This document shows positions 57,978 to 64,000 of a stretch of 64,000 bases of DNA, one piece after another. The notes beneath the pieces were generated by a model that worked only from the letters and a program-made list of their open reading frames with translations, searched no databases and was not told the origin of the DNA. Position numbers and translations under genes: made by a program. The stretch's first letter is position 1. Every line of letters begins with the position of its first letter. Source of the DNA: Polymyxa betae A26-41 (Eukaryota; Protista; Endomyxa: Phytomyxea); assembly GCA_003693705.1 (NCBI GenBank), contig RBZT01000156.1:1-64000 (forward strand). Direction: 5' to 3'.

Positions 57978-60900
57978 TTATTTTGCTTTATTCGCAGGCT
58001 TCCTCTTGGTTTTAGAACTCGTAGCCAGGATATTCGTTTCGAGAAAGTTTTTGTTTTTGGTGTTAGCATTTCGAAGCGACCGCAGCGTCTCATGATCTAG
58101 AAACGGGCTGAACGTAGTAGCTGCACGCGACGTGATGCCTCCGAACTTGTAATGCGGATGCATTCCTTTCACGTTATATATCCATTCCATTTCAGGTGTG
58201 CGAATTATCAGCTTTCCATTGACAGCTTTACCATATTCAATGCAAACAAACGATACGATAAATTGCTGGCCTGCTAAGTCTCGAGCAGGTAAAAAGCCGG
58301 TACTCGGCTCGACAGATAAATGGCATGATGACTCTGTGCTAAAGAACGCTTCGAATGGACTCGGCCGGTCCAGAATGTTGCACAGACGAAACGATACTCT
58401 ACTTGTTTGATGAAGTTCAGCTGCGATTCTGATGATGTCATCAGCTACAGCTTCTGTCGCCTGGAACTTCATCTTAAACGACCATCGCCCACCGGTGCTT
58501 TTGCTGATCACCATATTCGTGACGGCCTGAAATGAGCGGAACGGCTGGAATTTAAGATGAAAGAGCATAGACGAGCCTAACCGTTGCAAATTTCTTAACA
58601 ATGAAGACATGAGGATAAATGAACAGACCTTGTTCATCGAAATACGGTTTCTCTTGATCCTCTGCAAATTCGACGGATTGACTAAATATCGATTGCACAT
58701 CCGTTCCGTCCAACAGCTTGCTGTGCTCGAGCTTGAAGTTGAAAGTGTTGCAGTCAATTTCCGATTCTGTAAGATGGGGTAGTCTTAGAACAACACTTCT
58801 TTCAAGAACTGATCTTGAAGGGCAGGTAAACTCAAAGACCTCTGAAGATGTAATTTCTGCTTCAGCAATGATTGGGAATATCTATGTAGCAGTCAGAATT
58901 CCTGCAAATCAGTATTTGACACAGATACCCATTTCAAAGATTTATCTGCCTGAACCTGAATTTCGGCGGAACATCGACGCAATCCTGAAGGTAAGAAGTA
59001 AAAGGGGATCTGCATGGTTGATTGTGCAGGGACGCGGCATGATTCCTTCTTCATATAGAGATGAAAGGCATCCACATTATGCTGATTTAGGGACAGACGA
59101 ACATGGATGGGATGGTCAAATGGATTCCTGAATTGGACCATATGAGACAGTCTTTGGCCTATGGGAGATGACAAATATAATGTTGGCATTGACGTAGGTT
59201 CAGTCCCTATTCCAACCACGTCATACATCCAATCGCCAGCCTATTATGTAGATTATTATCGCTACTCGATTACGGCATAAAGCCAATACCAGATCACTGA
59301 TAAACCGAATTTCAGCAGATTGCATTTGGTTGATACTGGACGGGGTATATATAATTTGCACCGGGTGCGATTGATAAGATGCAAGACGGAACGCGGATGG
59401 TTTTACAGTAAATACGCTCGGCTGACTGGAGTACGCTTGGATATGTAACGGAGCATTAATCGGGTTTGTAAACACCACCTCAAAAGATGTCTGACAATAA
59501 GATTCAGCAACTGATTCACTTTGTATCAGAAATCGCATACCTGTGAACCAGCTGCACATATAAACTTTTCAAGCTGAATACGCTCAGGGGCGATGCAGTT
59601 AAGGTGGAGCTCGTGCCATATTTCGCCGATCTCTTCATTAACAAACCTGATTTCCCCGGACGACGAACCAATAGCTAATGGTGCATACAGCACAGAGAAC
59701 TTGATGGATTGATTAGCCTCCAAAGTCACTTGCCGATCACAGGTCAGATATTCGCCCTGCGTCCCCACTTTAAAGGTGACTTGTCGATCTAACGGATTCT
59801 CTAGTTCAATGTCGATCGTAACTGCTTTCCGCAAAGCGCTTTCCACTTGAAGAGTAGAAGCGGGAGGTGCGGGAGTAACGATCATCTGTTGGCTGTCAGT
59901 TACGATTAAGCAGAGATGTGCTGGCTAACCTTGACAGAGAACCATTGATAACGTCCATCGTTAGTGATCAATGTGATAAGTCCAGAATATTGTCCACTGA
60001 GACCAGGAGCGATTCTAAGTCGATATTCGCGCTTAGATTTGGCAGGCACTGAGATACTGCTGTCTCCATGAATATAAGGTAGGTCGGATTCCACCCGATA
60101 TAATGAGTTCTATAAGAATTCTTATATTAAGTTGACTTACTTGATGTTTTGAAACATTACCTCATTGGTTTTATTCTCCACCATGATCGTCTGTTCCTTT
60201 ACATCTCCTGCTTGGCATTCGATGTTGACTCGGCCGGCGCAAAGCGGCTCTTTAGCAGATCCTTTCAACGTAAAGGTGAAGGTATCTTTCGTTGTTGGGT
60301 TTGTTAAGACAAGAATTCCCTGATCTTCGCATATCCACGAGGGGCTAAAAGTTAGTGGATAATCGACGGTTGACTTTCTGGGTACAGTCAACGAGGGCTG
60401 ACATGACCAATAGTTGTTAGTAATCTAGGCAGATGTTCATCAATTCACATTCATAAATGTCGGTACGGCTTACCTCAGCATTAATTCTCCATTCAGAATC
60501 TGTGTTATTGGTCAACGGAATTAACTGCTTCACTGATTGACCAGCAGCACACTCGAATTCCAATGTCGCTTTCAGTGCATCGCTCTGAACAGTGAACTCA
60601 AGCATGTATATTCTGGTATCGTATTCGGATCGAAGTGTAATTTCCACTGGATACACACCCGGTGTCGAACCTCGAAATTGCAATCTCAGCACGTTTTCCA
60701 AATTATCTGCTCTTTTGAATCCCTCGCCTTCTCCATGTCCTTTCTCATCAAATTTTATTTTCCCTGATGCTGCTCTAAAAAAAACGTTTTTCATAAACAA
60801 ACCTCAAACATACCTGATGGCATAGATTGACGATCAACAACCGTAATCGATGGAGGTAGCGAAATAAACGAAGAATTGCATTGAGTCGAATATGTAAGCG

Positions 60901-63900
60901 GTGAGGGTAACAGTCTAGATCGTGTTGAAGGGTCCTGTTTGGATTTATGATCCCCAGAAGCATGAGCTAGGGCTCGATCAAGATTAGCATTAAATGGGGC
61001 CAGTACGATGTCTTTGACAAACACGGCGCTTGTCTCTTTGCAGTTAACTCTCAACACTTCACCAATAATATTTGGAGGATCGGTTTCGCCCTTAAAATCG
61101 ATGCTCATTTCGCCGATCTCAGGATCGATTAGTTTCATATGGCAATGGAACTCAGCTTCGAAGAAAGGACGGAACCAGCATATCAACTTTTCGATGGCTC
61201 CTTTTTTGATCGTTATCAGTTTTTTATCGGTACTAAACGCGCTGGGGAAACACGGCGAGTCTTTATCAGGAGCGGACGAGAAAAGAGTCATCTGCTTTGT
61301 GTTTTGCTGTTGACTGCAATCAATAGAAAAGCTCCCATCTGAATCAAAAACATTTTTAATCTCGACAACGAATTGCTGCAACTCATATAATTTGGCCTTA
61401 ACCGTGACCGTAGATTGAGCAGCAGGCTGACTTAAAGATGTCTTCAGACGAAACACAATCGGTTTAGGCAGAGGCTTTAATACGTGCTCTCTGGAAAGGC
61501 GTCTCGGTAAAATCCAAAGCATGGCTTCTTCAGTTTTCATAAATCGGCTGCAGAGGGATATTGGAAGATCCATTGATTTATGAGGCTCTATGCTGATGCT
61601 TGTTGCGGTTTGAAAATCCTTACAGCCATCGATACGGATATCATATCCAACGTCGAATGGGTTTGGGTTTTTTATACCGACGTTCTTGACGATGCTATCA
61701 TTGACGCGCCCCTTGAATGTGAGAGTGGACCGTGGTACATATGAGGGTAGAGTGAAAAATAAATACAGAACAAGAAGAAGCATGTCTCGAGGATTAGGTG
61801 AAACGATAAATGAGACCGATATCGTCATTTGTAGATTCGCTTGCTGCATTGCAGAAATGATCTGTATGAACGGTCAGCAGATTACCGTCAATTAAGCGAA
61901 ACTTGAGGACCTTCTCAGCATTGGATATCATCTTCTCTTCATTTCCATCAGCATGGCGATCGAGATTCGATAGCTGAGTAATGTGAGGGAAATAGGTTGA
62001 TAAAACGTCAGCTAGAGCAACACCATCTCGTAAATCGGAATCAAAATTCATGAGAGGCTCTGCATCCTTATCACATCTATGATATTGCAGCCACGACAGC
62101 AGCAGAATTTCGGGTTCACTGAAGATATTCGACCTGCAGACATTTGTATCGACGCCATTTGCAGCTTCGCTGACAGTCCTCTTTGTAACTCTTTCCAATA
62201 TGAATACTTTGACGATCTTGAAACTGATTACTTGCAAGATTCAGAATACGGTTAGTTGTAACTAACCTGGCATAGTAACTCAAACCAGGCTTGGCGAGAC
62301 AGCGCCGAGTGTAAACGACCATGATTCTGATGATCCGCCTGTTGCTCTGTTGAAAGATTGGCAATAAACGTACTTGATGCAACAAGATATTCATGACGTG
62401 TTGTCAGCAACGCGCCATTACTCAGAAGGAATTGAAGCAGCTTTTCGTATTGAGCAGAAGGTCCTGGATCCGCTGGATCTGAGACGTTGTTAGACAGCGC
62501 CTCAAAAAAGATTATATATTGTAGAAAATCCAACAGAGATATTTTGAGAAATTCAACAAGCAATGTTTAAACGCTAACGTCAACAGCATGGCTGCCAATT
62601 CACTTCTGCTGATTCCAATCTCTCTAAGGCTATCATATGCTATTACCTTCAGTGTTGCTTTTGCCAGTTCTTCTGTTAAGAGTTTTTCCTGTTAATGACT
62701 CGACCAGTCGGAAAATCAGCTCGCCATTGGTATCGATCAGCGCTTGAGGAAACGCTTCGCTATCGATATTTATCAGATTCAGTGCTTGTAAGAATTTAAT
62801 CAGGGTATTCGCTGGCGGATTTGTCTAGAACAACCATCAGATCTATGAGCAGCCGGTACTTTTGGCATCACCTCCAATTGATTGTTGCTGGCTCGAGTCC
62901 CCAAATCGACGCACGTGAGGCCATGCCCCGGTTCAGTCTGTAATGCATATCGATGTCTGCCTAACCATGGCCAGACCGACAGCAGGCAGGAATCAGAAAC
63001 AGCCCGAGTCCAGATCGGACAACGACTGCCATCACCACAATGGAATATGATTTGGCATGTGAAGCATAGAGGAATATCCGTTACGAAGCTCACTATAACA
63101 GGGATGGTGTTCCGCCCTAGACCGAGAATATTCCCAGAAGGGAATTCTATATCAAGGGGGATATGAGCTCGGTCTTTCGGTAAGGTGTAATCGATCTTGA
63201 TCTTGTCGTTGCCGCTGTTGGAGATGTTGAATCGGACCTCGGATGGGATCCCAAGTGGAACCACAGGGAGATTGATCTCTTCGAGGTCCAGTTTGATCAT
63301 GTTGTCAATGTCTGGTTCCAATGGATCTGGCTATTGATGTTGCTAATGCAAAGTACTGCAACTGATCATATCTATAGACAATAAAGATTGAACCAGTACG
63401 TGTGGTATGGGGGAATCAACCAGCCATGCAGAAATGGCGAAGAATTGCTGGAAGACTGCAGTCTGCAGATGCCGTTTACAGCTACTCAAATGAAAACATC
63501 TTCGACAAACTTTGGAAGAGGATCAGGGATCGAACTACTTCGAAACGAATTGATTTCGAACTATGCTGCTGTGGTCTGAAACGCTTCTGTTGTTGTCACA
63601 TGACGAGCCTAGGTTGGTTTCTGCTCTCAAAAGACGATAGCTCTGGGGGACCTGGGAGTCTGAATGAAAGCAGACAGCGTTTTATTGGTAGAATACATGA
63701 GCCTTGTGTAAGCCCTGTTATGATTACCTGGATATTGCCGTTGACGAAAGGCTCTGCACAATTACGGCATGCCATTTGCACTCTCGAAAGGAAGTGGCGG
63801 AACTAGATTTAAGATTCTCTTAAAATCAGTTGGAAGCGCTCGAGGCCCAGTTAAATGCCGGCTTTGTTTGCCAATCGTCGAACTTCGACCCAAAACCTTG

Positions 63901-64000
63901 ATCGGGACAGTTAGGTCATTGCCGAATTCAATACAAATCGAGGTCTGAAAAAGACCCAGCTGACGCGGTATAAACGAAATGATGAGATTTTGGGTCTTCA
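57978..64000 (-). CDS. CFAP47: Cilia- and flagella-associated protein 47 (ASH repeats + calponin-homology domain), 3' portion; continues past the window
   Basis: CH domain EILLLSWLQYH..MNFDSDLRDGVALADVL, PNPRDMLLLVLYLFFTLPSYVP, many ASH modules, C-terminal SVEPSTGFLP..IEYGK..GKLIIRTPEMEWIYNVKG. Confidence 0.88.

Noticed and set aside
1-64000. CRISPR arrays, rRNA, prokaryotic operons or defence systems, intact transposons
   Set aside because: No spaced direct repeats, rRNA-like segments, or RT/integrase/transposase motifs were seen; the window is eukaryotic gene-dense DNA.

Overview
Eukaryotic nuclear DNA from a compact, gene-dense genome with many short (~45-58 nt) GT-AG spliceosomal introns, so most raw ORFs are exon fragments. 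About 26 protein-coding genes can be reconstructed. They include two inverted paralogs of an unusual ABC-F ATPase, a TLC/NTT-family ATP/ADP translocase, a large ASH/Ig-repeat protein, a Pol-beta-like X-family protein with degenerate catalytic residues, an F-box/JmjC protein, RBM39, CCT2, B9D2, RRP15, a cis-prenyltransferase, a rhomboid protease, PIG-U, a PRELI protein, a PAN-like type-I membrane protein, WDR91, RPC4, an SPX-EXS phosphate exporter, Nup155, an F-box protein, TAF11, a C2-like/sterol glucosyltransferase, a ciliary coiled-coil protein, PEX13 and the 3' part of CFAP47. B9D2 and CFAP47 imply a flagellated protist. A zoosporic parasite such as a phytomyxid fits the gene style, but that is unverified inference. 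No rRNA, tRNA, CRISPR array or recognisable transposon was found. Most interesting: (1) an intron-containing NTT with no transit peptide, a candidate ATP-import system of the type used by intracellular parasites; (2) a duplicated ABC-F with one degenerate ATPase site and a Tudor-like+RGG tail; (3) a probable pseudo-polymerase that keeps its lyase domain and starts with a histone-H3-like ARTK. Splice models were made by eye and gene ends may be off by an exon.
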